A DNA stretch of 64,000 nt. Source: Nitrospinales bacterium. GTDB lineage: Bacteria > Nitrospinota > Nitrospinia > Nitrospinales > VA-1. The notes under the pieces are model-generated. The model saw nothing but the letters and a program-made list of their open reading frames with translations, was not told where the DNA came from and searched no databases. Of the stretch, positions 36,563-46,591 are shown in pieces; the first letter of the stretch is position 1, and every line of letters begins with the position of its first letter. A program made the position numbers and the translations under genes. Where the stretch lies: contig CBDCXL010000001.1 in assembly GCA_965223795.1 (NCBI GenBank), forward strand, positions 128,001 to 192,000. Direction: 5' to 3'.

Positions 36563-37581
36563 TGCAGCCCTTTGACGCCGGAAAACTCCTCGTAGATCTC
36601 CACCTTCATCAGGTCTTCCAGGGCTTTTTGCGGCGGCTTTTCCTCGTACAAGACGCGGTAGGTCTCTTCGATGACGGAAGCCTGAATGTTCAGCCTGTTC
36701 TTGAGCGTGTGCGCGGATTTGACGGTGCGGATGCCTTCGGCGACCATCTTCATGTTGCGGGTGATGTCGCTGAGCTTCATCCCCTGACCCAGCTTGATTC
36801 CCACGTTGCGGTTGCGGCTGAGGTCGCCGGTGCAGGTCAGGACCAGGTCGCCCATGCCCGAAAGCCCGGAGAAGGTTTCCGGCCGCGCGCCCTGGGCGGT
36901 GCCGATGCGGGTGATCTCCACCAGGCCGCGGGTGATGAGGGCGGCGCGCGGGTTGTAGCCCAGGCCCATGCCGTCGGAAATTCCGGTGGCGATGGCGATG
37001 ACGTTTTTAAGGGCGCCGCCGATCTCCACGCCCATCGGATCGGTGCTGGTGAACACTTTCATTTTCGGCGTGGAAAAAAGCCGCTGCACCCGTTCGGCGG
37101 TTTCCGGATCGCCGGAGGCGGCGACCATCGCGGAGGGCGAGCTGGCGGCCACTTCCTGGGCGAACGTCGGTCCGGATATCACGGCGGAGGCGTGCGGAAC
37201 GTCCAGGACCTGATCGAGGATCTGATACACGTTGCACAGGGTTTCGTTTTCGATGCCCTTGCTGGCGTTGATGATGAGCGAGCCGGGCTGGACATGCGGC
37301 TTCATCTTTTCCAGGATCTCCCGCGCCACGTGCGTGGGCACCACGAAAACCAGCGTGGATGAAGAACGCGCGGTTTCTTCCAGCGAGTTCGTGGGATGGA
37401 TGTTTGGCGGAAGGGTGTGGCCGGGCAGAAAAAGGATGTTTTCCCGTTGGCTGCGCAGCGTTTCGCACAGGTCGTTTTCGTAGACCCAGAGAGAGACCGG
37501 ATGCTCTTTCCCCGCCAGCAGAAGCGCGAGGGCGGTGCCCCAGCTTCCGGCTCCGATGACGCCGATGGTTTCAGAAGACAT
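36559..37581 (-). CDS. gpsA: NAD(P)H-dependent glycerol-3-phosphate dehydrogenase
   Basis: GAGSWGTALA, SKGIE, SGPTFA, GGALKNVIAI, GMGDLVLTC, SRN. Confidence 0.96.
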   Translation of the reverse strand: MSSETIGVIGAGSWGTALALLLAGKEHPVSLWVYENDLCETLRSQRENILFLPGHTLPPNIHPTNSLEETARSSSTLVFVVPTHVAREILEKMKPHVQPGSLIINASKGIENETLCNVYQILDQVLDVPHASAVISGPTFAQEVAASSPSAMVAASGDPETAERVQRLFSTPKMKVFTSTDPMGVEIGGALKNVIAIATGISDGMGLGYNPRAALITRGLVEITRIGTAQGARPETFSGLSGMGDLVLTCTGDLSRNRNVGIKLGQGMKLSDITRNMKMVAEGIRTVKSAHTLKNRLNIQASVIEETYRVLYEEKPPQKALEDLMKVEIYEEFSGVKGLQ

Positions 37582-37809
37582 GGTTCGATGCTGGAAGAGG
37601 TTGGAAATATGAGCCGATGACACGGCATTATAGCTGATTCACTCCAACTTACCATAATTCAATTTGGCACAAAATTGCGCCCGAAAAATACCTTGTACGG
37701 TCTTATCCTTTGTGCTTAAATTGGAGGCAACCTTTTGACATACAATCTTTTGCCGTTTTTCACCGCATGGCGGCGCTTCGGTCCGTCCCAACCTCAAATT
37801 CAAGCAAAC

Positions 37810-38499
37810 ATGGCCAAACGCGAAAAAATCACCCGTAAGGAATTGCTCAAGGAACCCGACCAGTTTTTATCCACCAGCGAACGGGTTGCGGCCTTTTTTG
37901 CGGATCACGGCCCGATGGTTCTGAGCGTGCTCATCGGCATGGTGGTGATCGCCGCCGGGGTCGCCGGATTCAACTACAACCGCAAGGTGACGCACCTGGA
38001 GAACGAGAAGCTGTATTACGAAATGCAGACCATCCAGGACAAGGGCAAGGACAAAAAATCGGAGGAGGTGCTGGCGCAGCTCAAGTCCATGCGCGAGCAG
38101 TTCAGCTCCGGACCGCAGAAACTGCGGGCCGACCTTTTGCTTGCCGGAAGCCAGTATCAGAACGGCAACCACGATGAAGCGCTGGCGCTGTATTCCGGGG
38201 TCGTAGAGAATGCGCCGCCGGACCACCTTTCGCATCAGTTGGCGCGGGTGGGAATGGCGACGGTGCACGAGGCAAAAAAGGAGTATGATAAAGCGATGGC
38301 GATTTACAAGTCCATCATCGAAAACCCCAACGGCTATCCCCTGTTTCCGGTCTACCAGGGACTCGCGCGTTGTTACGAGTTGAGCCAGGATACGGAAAAC
38401 GCCCTCAAGATCCTCAGGGAAGCCAAAGCCAAGTTTCACGATCACCCGATGTCAAACCGCATCGACCGCAAGATAAAAACACTTTCCGGATCGGCCTGA
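37810..38499 (+). CDS. Single-TM TPR protein (YfgM-like)
   Basis: ITRKELLKEPDQF N-terminus, one TM helix, TPR helices. Confidence 0.8.
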   Translation: MAKREKITRKELLKEPDQFLSTSERVAAFFADHGPMVLSVLIGMVVIAAGVAGFNYNRKVTHLENEKLYYEMQTIQDKGKDKKSEEVLAQLKSMREQFSSGPQKLRADLLLAGSQYQNGNHDEALALYSGVVENAPPDHLSHQLARVGMATVHEAKKEYDKAMAIYKSIIENPNGYPLFPVYQGLARCYELSQDTENALKILREAKAKFHDHPMSNRIDRKIKTLSGSA

Positions 38500-38513
38500 T
38501 CCCTTTTTTCATC

Positions 38514-39596
38514 ATGAACAGGATGTTTCCGCAAAAACGGCCGCATCGAACGTTCCCCGGCGCCTGGATTTTGTCCATCGCCTGCCTGCTGCTTTATTTC
38601 GCAACCCCCGCCGCTTCCGTTCCTTTTATCAGCAAAGAGACGGAGCTTTCTCTCGGCAAGGGGGCGGACAAGCAGGTGGTGCAGCAGTACGGCATCTACC
38701 AGGACAAATCCCTGCAGCTCTACGTCAACCGCATTGGCCAGAAGCTGGTGTCCAACCTGACGGACCGGGAGTTCCGCCGGTTTTTCTTCAAGCTGGTGGA
38801 CAGCTCGGAGATCAACGCGTTCGCGCTGCCCGGCGGCTATGTCTACGTGACGCGCGGCCTTTTGGCGGCGCTCAACAGCGAGGCGGAGCTTGCGGGCGTG
38901 CTGGGGCACGAGATCGCGCACGTCACCAAGCACCACGGCGCCAAGATGCTGGTGCGCAGCATCGGCGCACAGATCCTGAGCATCGGCGGCGCCATCGCCA
39001 GCCCCAAGAACGCGGGCAAATGGATCGTGGTGAGCTCCGCCATGTTTCAGCAGATCAACCTGGGCTACGGCCGGGAAGCGGAGATCGAATCGGACGGGCA
39101 GGGCATGCTGAACGCCACGGAAGCGGGTTACGACCCGAACGGGATGGTTTTATTTCTCAGGAACCTGAGAAGGCATGAGATCATGACCGGACAGTCGTAC
39201 CACAGTTTTCAGGCGACGCACCCGGACACCAAAGACCGCATCATCAAGGCCGGCGTCATCTCGGAAAACCTCAGGCGCAAAAACAAAGACCTGGTGCTGA
39301 ACCGGGAAGTCTACCTCACGCAGCTCAAGGGCCTCACCTACGGCGGCAAACGGCACACCAAGGACGATCAGCGCTACGAGGATCAGTACATCGACATTTA
39401 TGAAGTGCAGCCCGGCGACACCTTTCAAAGCATCGCTGAGAAAGAACTGAATGACAAGCGCAAGGATCTGGATATTTCCGTTCTCAACGGAAGAAAAGAA
39501 AACAGCCAGCCGGCTCCCGGCGAGTTGATCAAACTCGTCAAAAATGGGAAATACAAAAAAAATAGAACTTTGAATCTGGCTCCCGATTCCCCTTGA
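38514..39596 (+). CDS. M48-family zinc metalloprotease (BepA-like) with C-terminal LysM-like domain
   Basis: INAFALPGG, HEIAH, E.ESD, THP, then YEVQPGDTFQSIA...LNG...PGELIK. Confidence 0.9.
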   Translation: MNRMFPQKRPHRTFPGAWILSIACLLLYFATPAASVPFISKETELSLGKGADKQVVQQYGIYQDKSLQLYVNRIGQKLVSNLTDREFRRFFFKLVDSSEINAFALPGGYVYVTRGLLAALNSEAELAGVLGHEIAHVTKHHGAKMLVRSIGAQILSIGGAIASPKNAGKWIVVSSAMFQQINLGYGREAEIESDGQGMLNATEAGYDPNGMVLFLRNLRRHEIMTGQSYHSFQATHPDTKDRIIKAGVISENLRRKNKDLVLNREVYLTQLKGLTYGGKRHTKDDQRYEDQYIDIYEVQPGDTFQSIAEKELNDKRKDLDISVLNGRKENSQPAPGELIKLVKNGKYKKNRTLNLAPDSP

Positions 39597-39602
39597 AATC
39601 CG

Positions 39603-39779
39603 GTGGAAAAAGTTATTACATTAGAAAAATCCTGCATCGTGTATTTGAAGCAGGGGGGCGAAGTCTGCAATCGCCTGAAGAGCGGAACCCGGGTGACGCC
39701 GGTGCAGCGCAGTAAAGGCTGGATGAAGATCACCTGGCGCAACGGAAAAAAGAAAGGCTGGATTCAGACCCCGTCCTGA
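39603..39779 (+). CDS. 58-aa SH3b-like ORF (below the ORF-track cutoff), in frame with the upstream M48 gene
   Basis: Translates VEKVITLEKSCIVYLKQGGEVCNRLKSGTRVTPVQRSKGWMKITWRNGKKKGWIQTPS; L..G..V......GW.KI......GWI is the SH3b pattern. Confidence 0.7.
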   Translation: MEKVITLEKSCIVYLKQGGEVCNRLKSGTRVTPVQRSKGWMKITWRNGKKKGWIQTPS

Positions 39780-39888
39780 AACACCGCATCCCTTGGCGGC
39801 GGTATTCAACACTGCCGTCCGGAATCCAATTTGTAAAAAGAGTCCATTCACAAATTATTGTCCAACCCTTTTTTATCGTGGTCCGGCG

Positions 39889-40080
39889 ATGAGCACTCGT
39901 AATTTGGACGACCTTGACGACGAAGAACTGTTGAGTCTGTTCGATTCGACAATGAAACTTTTACAGGATGGCATGGAAAAGGAGGATTCCTCTATCCGGA
40001 AAAAAATCCCCAGCATTCAGCAGCGGCTCACCACCATCGAGCAGGAGATGCGGTTGCGGAGCCTGTGGGACGGGGATTGA
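39889..40080 (+). CDS. Small hypothetical helical protein (63 aa)
   Basis: MSTRNLDDLDDEELL...; plausible composition, fills the gap before a terminator. Confidence 0.6.
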   Translation: MSTRNLDDLDDEELLSLFDSTMKLLQDGMEKEDSSIRKKIPSIQQRLTTIEQEMRLRSLWDGD

Positions 40081-40120
40081 ACCTCACACACAAAAATTCG
40101 ATTCCAATCGATTTAATTTA

Positions 40121-40163
40121 AAAAGAAACGAAAACGGCCCCGTTCCGCGAGGGAAGGGGGCCG
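40121..40163 (-). terminator. Intrinsic terminator after aconitase
   Basis: CGGCCCC.TTCC/GGAA.GGGGCCG hairpin followed by a T-rich run on the minus strand. Confidence 0.7.
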
Positions 40164-40205
40164 CTGTGTCGTGTTGCGCTTTAAAACCGCTCAATCCCGG
40201 TTCAC

Positions 40206-42464
40206 TTACTTCTTCTGCTGCCCCACGTAATTGAGGGCCGAACCGGCTTTGAACCATTCGATCTCTTTCTCGTTCAAGGTGTGGTTCACCTTCAGCGTGT
40301 CGGACGAGCCGTCCGCGTGCTTCACGGTCATGGACACGGGCTGGCCCGGCGCCAGATCGTCGAGCCCGGCGAAGGAGATGCGGTCCTTCTCCTGGATCTT
40401 GTCGTAATCCGCCTTGTCTGAAAAGGTGAACGGAAGCACACCCTGCTTTTTCAGGTTGGCTTCGAAGATCCGGGCGTAGGAATTGGCGACGAAGGCCCGG
40501 CAGCCCATGTGCCTGGGTTCCATGGCCGCATGCTCGCGGCTGGAGCCCTCGCCGATGTTCTCGTCACCGAAGACCACCCATCCCTTGCCGCTCTCTTTGA
40601 GATTGCGGGCGATCTTGTTGAGCTCCTGCCCCTTGTCCCCGTTCATGGGGTGGTTGCCGGTTCCGGTCTCGCCGGTGAAGGCGTTGGTGGCGCCCAGGAA
40701 CATGTTGTTGGAGATGTTGTCCAGGTGGCCGCGGAACTTGAGCCAGGGGCCTGCCTGCGAGATGTGGTCGGTGGTGCACTTGCCCTTGGCCTTGAGCAGC
40801 ACCGGCAGATCCTGGTAATCCTTCACCGGGTCCTGCTTGGGGAAGGGATCGAGGAACGCCAGCCGCTCGCTGGTCGGGTTGATGACCACCTCGCCGGACA
40901 TGGACGGCGCTTCGTAGCCGTTGTCCTTGGAGGCGTAGCCGTTGGAGGGCAGCACTTCCCCCTTGGGCGGCTGGAACTTGAAGTCCTTGCCGTCCTTGTC
41001 CTTCAGGGTGTCGGTCAGGGGGTTGAACTTCATGGAACCGGAAAACGCCATGGCGACGACCAGCTCCGGGCTGCTGATGAATCCCAGCGTTTCCGGATTG
41101 CCGTCGTTTCTCTTGGCGAAGTTGCGGTTGTAGGAAGTGATGATGCTGTTCTTGTCGCCCTTCTTGATGTCGTCGCGCTTCCACTGGCCGATGCAGGGGC
41201 CGCAGGCGTTGGCGAGCACGGTGGCGCCCACTTCCTCGAAGTTCTGCAGAATGCCGTCCCGCTTGATGGTCTCGAAGATCTGCTCGGAACCGGGGGTGAC
41301 CATGAAGTTCGTTTTGGCCTTGAGGCCTGCCGCCTTGGCCTGCTCGACCAGGCTGTTGGCGCGGGTCAGATCCTCGTAGCTGGAGTTGGTGCAGCTGCCG
41401 ATGAGGGCCGCGGAGATCTTCTCCGGATATTCCTTCTCGTCCACCTCGGAGCTCATGGCGCTCACGGGCCGGCCCAGGTCGGGCGTGTGCGGGCCGACGA
41501 TGTGCGGCTCCAGCGTGGCGAGGTCGATCTCGTAATACTCGTCGTAGTACTTCTCCGGATCGGCTTCCACTTCCGGGTCCGACTGCAGGAACTCGGCGTA
41601 CTTTTTACAGAGATCCGCGACCGGAGCGCGGCCGGTGGCGCGGAAGTAGGGATCCATGGCTTCGTCGTAGCCGAAGATGGAGGTGGTGGCGCCGATTTCC
41701 GCACCCATGTTGGTGACGGTGCCTTTGCTGGTGGCGCTGAGCGATTTCGCGCCCTCGCCGAAGTATTCCAGAATCTTGTTGGTGCCACCTTTCACGGTCA
41801 GCATGGTGGCGACCTTGAGGATGATGTCCTTGGAGGCGGTCCAGCCGTTCATCTTGCCTTTCAGCTTGATGCCCACCAGTTTCGGCATCTTGGTCATGAA
41901 GGGCTGGCCGGTCATGACATCGACCGCATCCGCGCCGCCCACGCCGATGGCGATGGTGCCGAGCCCGCCGGCGTTGGGCGTGTGGGAGTCGGTGCCGATC
42001 ATCAGGGTTCCGGGAACGGCGTAGTTCTCATACACCACCTGATGGATGATGCCGGAGCCGGGTTTCCAGAAGCCCATTCCGTATTTCATCGCCGCGGAAC
42101 GCAGGAATTCGTACACTTCCTTGTTGGTTTCCTCGGCGGCCTTGAGGTCGGCCATGGAGCCGGTGTAGGCCTGGATCAGGTGGTCGCAGTGCACGGTGGT
42201 CGGGACGGCGACCTTGGGCATCTTGGCGGACATGAACTGGAGGATGGCCATCTGCGCCGTGGCGTCCTGCATGGCGACCCGGTCCGCATTCAGATAGATA
42301 TTGGAGCCTCCGCGCTCCAGTTTGGAAAAATCCGTCGGTTCCATATGGGAATAGAGAATTTTTTCGACGATCGTGAGTTTTCGGCCCAGGTTTTTTCGGG
42401 CGTCCGAGTGGATTTTTTCCAGAGATTGGAACAACTTTTCAATGGGTTCAATTTCCAATAACAT
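40206..42464 (-). CDS. acn: Aconitate hydratase, mitochondrial-type (752 aa)
   Basis: RVAMQDATAQMA, HCDHLI, WKPGSGIIHQ, GTDSHTPN, GSCTNSSYED, CGPCIGQW, TTDHIS, GEGSSREHAA. Confidence 0.95.
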   Translation of the reverse strand: MLLEIEPIEKLFQSLEKIHSDARKNLGRKLTIVEKILYSHMEPTDFSKLERGGSNIYLNADRVAMQDATAQMAILQFMSAKMPKVAVPTTVHCDHLIQAYTGSMADLKAAEETNKEVYEFLRSAAMKYGMGFWKPGSGIIHQVVYENYAVPGTLMIGTDSHTPNAGGLGTIAIGVGGADAVDVMTGQPFMTKMPKLVGIKLKGKMNGWTASKDIILKVATMLTVKGGTNKILEYFGEGAKSLSATSKGTVTNMGAEIGATTSIFGYDEAMDPYFRATGRAPVADLCKKYAEFLQSDPEVEADPEKYYDEYYEIDLATLEPHIVGPHTPDLGRPVSAMSSEVDEKEYPEKISAALIGSCTNSSYEDLTRANSLVEQAKAAGLKAKTNFMVTPGSEQIFETIKRDGILQNFEEVGATVLANACGPCIGQWKRDDIKKGDKNSIITSYNRNFAKRNDGNPETLGFISSPELVVAMAFSGSMKFNPLTDTLKDKDGKDFKFQPPKGEVLPSNGYASKDNGYEAPSMSGEVVINPTSERLAFLDPFPKQDPVKDYQDLPVLLKAKGKCTTDHISQAGPWLKFRGHLDNISNNMFLGATNAFTGETGTGNHPMNGDKGQELNKIARNLKESGKGWVVFGDENIGEGSSREHAAMEPRHMGCRAFVANSYARIFEANLKKQGVLPFTFSDKADYDKIQEKDRISFAGLDDLAPGQPVSMTVKHADGSSDTLKVNHTLNEKEIEWFKAGSALNYVGQQKK

Positions 42465-42693
42465 TTGTGTTCACCTTTTCAAGATAGTTGGGTTCTTCAT
42501 GTATGGTGATATTCAACCTGTGGGACAGGCCGTGCAACGCTGGAGTGGACCGCTCAACAAGGGCATTTGGATGGCCCGATTTTACATGATTCGACGCAAA
42601 TTTCAATTCTTTTGAGATGCGCGTGCCCACAGAAAGGTTTTTGATCTTCCACTTAATTTTCAAAAATTTATTAATTTCCGCTATAGTAGCCGC

Positions 42694-43467
42694 ATGCCCT
42701 CGATTTTCGACTCGCCAGAGTTCAACCAGAACCTGTTTTTCCCCCGTTCTGACGGGAACCCCACGCCGCACGACACGGAGGAGCTGTTCATTCCGGTGGC
42801 CGATTCGGTGAGGGTGCACGCGCGCCGCTACCTGTCGCCGCCGGCGCGCTTCAGCCTGTTGTTTTTTCACGGCAACGGGGAAATCGTGTCGGATTACGAC
42901 GGGCTCAGGGAGGCGTTTTCCCAGCTTGGCGCGGAGCTCACCGTCTGCGACTACCGGGGCTACGGCCAGAGCGAAGGGGCGCCCTCTTTGCGGGCGGCTC
43001 TGGAGGACGCGCACGCGGTGTACCGGCACCTTAAGGAAAACAATGCGCTGAAGGATGCGGTCTGCGTCATGGGGCGCTCGCTGGGCAGCGCGCCAGCCAT
43101 CGAACTGTGCGCGGAGCATGCGGACATCGCGGCCTGTGTGCTGGAAAGCGGCTACGCCGACCCCATCCCGCTGGTGGAGCGGCGCGGGCTCAAAATCGAG
43201 GCGACCACGCCCGAGGAGGACCGGCTGTTCAACAACAGCACAAAAATCAGGAATCTTTCCTGCCCGCTGTTGATTCTGCACGGCGAGGAGGATTTTCTCA
43301 TCGGTCCGCACGAGGCCAGGCTCAATCATGAGAAGGCGGGCTCGAAGGTCAAATATCTGGAAATCCTGGAGGGGGTCGGGCACAACGACATGATGATGGC
43401 TCCCGATTACGGTTATTTCGTCTGTCTGAAACGGTTTTTCGACGCGCACCTGCCGGGCGTGGGATAG
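42694..43467 (+). CDS. Alpha/beta hydrolase
   Basis: FHGNGE, DYRGYG.S, GRSLG nucleophile elbow, LHGEED, GHND. Confidence 0.92.
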   Translation: MPSIFDSPEFNQNLFFPRSDGNPTPHDTEELFIPVADSVRVHARRYLSPPARFSLLFFHGNGEIVSDYDGLREAFSQLGAELTVCDYRGYGQSEGAPSLRAALEDAHAVYRHLKENNALKDAVCVMGRSLGSAPAIELCAEHADIAACVLESGYADPIPLVERRGLKIEATTPEEDRLFNNSTKIRNLSCPLLILHGEEDFLIGPHEARLNHEKAGSKVKYLEILEGVGHNDMMMAPDYGYFVCLKRFFDAHLPGVG

Positions 43468-43486
43468 CAATACGGAGCGAATCAGG

Positions 43487-44680
43487 ATGCAGAAAAAGTT
43501 CTACAACATCGAAGGGCTCATACGCAACGGCTTCAAGCTGAGCCGGGACTATGAAATCCTCGATTTTCATTTCGTCAAGCTCGGCGACGCGGGCGTGCAG
43601 GCACTGGCCAAGTCGCGCTCGATCAAGCAGATCACGCGGCTCACGCTCAGCCACAACAAGCTGGGGCCGGAGGCGGCCAGGGCTCTGTCGGAGTCCAAGA
43701 GCCTGCAGAACCTGCAATCGCTCAAGCTGTATAAAAACCAGATCGGCGACGAGGGGGTGCGTCATCTGTGCGAATCGGACCAGTTTCCGAGCCTCAAGTC
43801 CTTGCGGCTGGCGTGGAACGGCATCGGCCCGGAAGGGGCGCGGCATGTGGCCAAAAGCACGAAACTCAAGGGCCTGACCTATATGAGCCTGGCGGAGAAC
43901 AAGATCGGCGATGCGGGCATGAAGCATCTGGCCGGCTCGGAGGGATTCCCCGAGCTTGAGTATCTCGATGTGCGCAAAAACGGGATCACCGACGCCGGCG
44001 CGAAGGAAATGATTGAGGCGAAAGGGTTCCCGAAGCTGCAGTCGATCGACATCTCGGACAACCCGGTCACTCAGGAGGGGCGGGACGCGGTCTCCGGCTT
44101 CCTGATCCTGAATCGCATCCGCCACCGGCTCAGCGAGGACGGCAAGGTGCTGGACCTCAGCAAGCTGGGCATCGGCGATGTGGAATGCAAGTACATTGCC
44201 GAATGCGAGGATCTCAAGGAACTGGACAAGCTGTACCTGGAGATCAACAAGATCACCGCCGAGGGCGTGCGGCTGCTGGCGGCTTCGCCGTACCTGGAAA
44301 ACCTCACCCTGTTGTCGCTCGACCGCAACCCGATCAAGGATGAAGGCGTGAAGCACATCGCCGAATCCGCGATGTTCAAGAACCTGCAGATCCTGATGAT
44401 CGAGTTCACCGGAGTCACCGACGAGGGGCTGATCGCGATCGCCGAATCGGAAAACATGGCGCAGATGGTGCGGCTGTACATTGAGTCGAACGAGTACACG
44501 GACGAGGGTTTTTACGCTCTGGGCGAATCGGAATTCCTGACGCAGCTCGAGTATCCCGAGTTCGAGCACGAGGAAGAGATCGTCGAGGAAGAAGAGGACG
44601 AGGAGGAATTCGAGGAGGTCGAGGAGATCGTCGAAGTGGAGGAGGAAGAGGACCTGGACGACGCCGAGTACGAAAAATGA
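43487..44680 (+). CDS. Leucine-rich repeat protein with poly-Glu tail
   Basis: About eleven LxxLxLxxNxIxDxG repeats in two blocks; terminal EEEIVEEEEDEEEFEE. Confidence 0.9.
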   Translation: MQKKFYNIEGLIRNGFKLSRDYEILDFHFVKLGDAGVQALAKSRSIKQITRLTLSHNKLGPEAARALSESKSLQNLQSLKLYKNQIGDEGVRHLCESDQFPSLKSLRLAWNGIGPEGARHVAKSTKLKGLTYMSLAENKIGDAGMKHLAGSEGFPELEYLDVRKNGITDAGAKEMIEAKGFPKLQSIDISDNPVTQEGRDAVSGFLILNRIRHRLSEDGKVLDLSKLGIGDVECKYIAECEDLKELDKLYLEINKITAEGVRLLAASPYLENLTLLSLDRNPIKDEGVKHIAESAMFKNLQILMIEFTGVTDEGLIAIAESENMAQMVRLYIESNEYTDEGFYALGESEFLTQLEYPEFEHEEEIVEEEEDEEEFEEVEEIVEVEEEEDLDDAEYEK

Positions 44681-44701
44681 CCGCAGACGGTCCTTGCTTT
44701 T

Positions 44702-46591
44702 TCAGTTCTCCATCAGAGAGGCGATCAGCGGAAATGCATCGTCACTTCTCTGGCCGGTTTGCTTTTCCGGCAGGAGAATGTGAAAGGCCACTCCTTGATC
44801 CGGCTGCCTCCGGACTTCGATCTTTCCGTGATGACGGCTGACGATTTTGTTGCAGATGGTCAGCCCGATGCCGGTGCCTTCGTAGGTGCTGCGGTTGTGC
44901 AGCCTTTCGAAGGGCCGGAAAATCCGGTCCGCGTGTTTTTCGTCGATTCCGATGCCGTTGTCCTCAACGGAAATTTCCCAGACTCCCTCTTTGATCAGGC
45001 GGCTGTCCAGGTTGACGACGGGAGGGACGTTTTCCCTGTGAAACTTGAGCCCGTTGGCGATCAGGTTGAGAAACAGCTGCCGCATCTGAAACGGGTCCGC
45101 CTCCAGCACGGGCAGCTTGCGTAGATTCACCGTCCCCTTGTTTTCCTTTATTTTTACATCCAGATCCTGCAATACGTCCCGGACCACTTCATTGAGATCC
45201 GTCGGCTTGAAGGGCACCTTTTTGGTTCCCAGCTTGGAGTACTGCAACAGGTCGCCCAGAAACGTCTGCATCCTCGCCGCGGATTTCTGCATGCGCGTCA
45301 GATAATCCCTGGCTTTCGGGTTCGATTCGGGAATGACGGTGCCCAGCCGGTCGCCGAACGTGACGATCTTGCGCAGCGGTTCCTGCAGGTCGTGGGATGC
45401 GATGGAAACGAAATCCTGCAGTTCCCTGTTGGATTCCTGCAATTTTTCCGCGTTCTCGGCGCGCTTGGCTTCGGCGCTCATTCTCTGCATTTCCGCTCCT
45501 ACGCGGGAAGCGAAAATCGAAAGGATCGACTTGGCGCTCTCGATATCCTGAATGGGCTTCGTGTCCATGATGGACAGGATCCCCGTGGTTTTCCCCTCGC
45601 CGTTGCGTATGGGATATCCCACATAGCTCTGTATGTTATTTTCCTTAAAGAAAATATCTTTCGGAAAATGCGCCTGCACTTCGTTCGGAAAAGCGACGAT
45701 TTCTCCCCGGACGACGATGTTGCAAGGTGTGTCTTTGAGCTCGTATTCGATGCTTTTGAGAAATTCCCCTTGTTTGTAAAAAACCAGGGTGCGGAATATG
45801 TTTCTGCTGCCTTTTTTGTAGGTGCAAATCGTCGCGTACTGGACATTGAGCGCGGAAGCGAGATTGGAAACAAGGGACTTGAAAAATATTTCCCCGGTGG
45901 TGGCAGGGGCGGTGCCGGAAACGATGGAGCTGAGCTGGTGGTACACGGTGCGGTAGCGTGCTTCGCTTTCTATGAGTAATTCTTCGATCTGTTTTCTTTC
46001 TGAAATATTGTGAACTATGGCAAAGACCTTGTTTTTATCTTTTACTTTGAACCTTCCCGCGGTCAATTCGGCCGGGAAGACTTGCCCGGTTTTGGTTTTG
46101 TGATAGCGGAGCGGGATTTTTTTCAAATTCCCCTGCAGATTTTCCTGAATGGCTTTTTCGGTTTTTTCCGGTTCCGCCGATATGTCTTTCGGAGACAGTT
46201 TCAGAAATTCCTCACGGGAGAATTCGTATTGCTTGACGGCGGCTTCGTTGACATCCTCGAACCTATTGGATTCCGCGTCCAGTATCAGAATGGGGTCGGA
46301 TATGGTGGAGAACAGATTCTGATAGCGAATCTGTGTTTCGCTTAACGCGTTGTTCAGAGTTTCCTGTTTTTTTATTTCCCGCAGACTCCACAGGGTGGGG
46401 GCAATCAGAGCCAAGCCGGAAAAAAACAACACGATCCCTATAAAATCCCACTTGTCGCTTGCGGATTCGGATGCGTGATCGGTGAGGATCCAGAAGGAAA
46501 ACCTATCTTCAAGGTGAAATTCCCATAGATAGGACAGGAAAAATACGCTCAGCAGAGTGAACATCCAAAAGGGGAAAATGATTTTCTTCAT
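44702..46591 (-). CDS. Membrane sensor histidine kinase (2 TM, PAS, GAF, HisKA, HATPase)
   Basis: ASHDLQEPLR H-box, NLIANGLKF, DNGIGI, GTGIGL; PAS (DVNEAA, HKTKTG) and GAF (TPCNIV, SYVGYPI) segments. Confidence 0.93.
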   Translation of the reverse strand: MKKIIFPFWMFTLLSVFFLSYLWEFHLEDRFSFWILTDHASESASDKWDFIGIVLFFSGLALIAPTLWSLREIKKQETLNNALSETQIRYQNLFSTISDPILILDAESNRFEDVNEAAVKQYEFSREEFLKLSPKDISAEPEKTEKAIQENLQGNLKKIPLRYHKTKTGQVFPAELTAGRFKVKDKNKVFAIVHNISERKQIEELLIESEARYRTVYHQLSSIVSGTAPATTGEIFFKSLVSNLASALNVQYATICTYKKGSRNIFRTLVFYKQGEFLKSIEYELKDTPCNIVVRGEIVAFPNEVQAHFPKDIFFKENNIQSYVGYPIRNGEGKTTGILSIMDTKPIQDIESAKSILSIFASRVGAEMQRMSAEAKRAENAEKLQESNRELQDFVSIASHDLQEPLRKIVTFGDRLGTVIPESNPKARDYLTRMQKSAARMQTFLGDLLQYSKLGTKKVPFKPTDLNEVVRDVLQDLDVKIKENKGTVNLRKLPVLEADPFQMRQLFLNLIANGLKFHRENVPPVVNLDSRLIKEGVWEISVEDNGIGIDEKHADRIFRPFERLHNRSTYEGTGIGLTICNKIVSRHHGKIEVRRQPDQGVAFHILLPEKQTGQRSDDAFPLIASLMEN

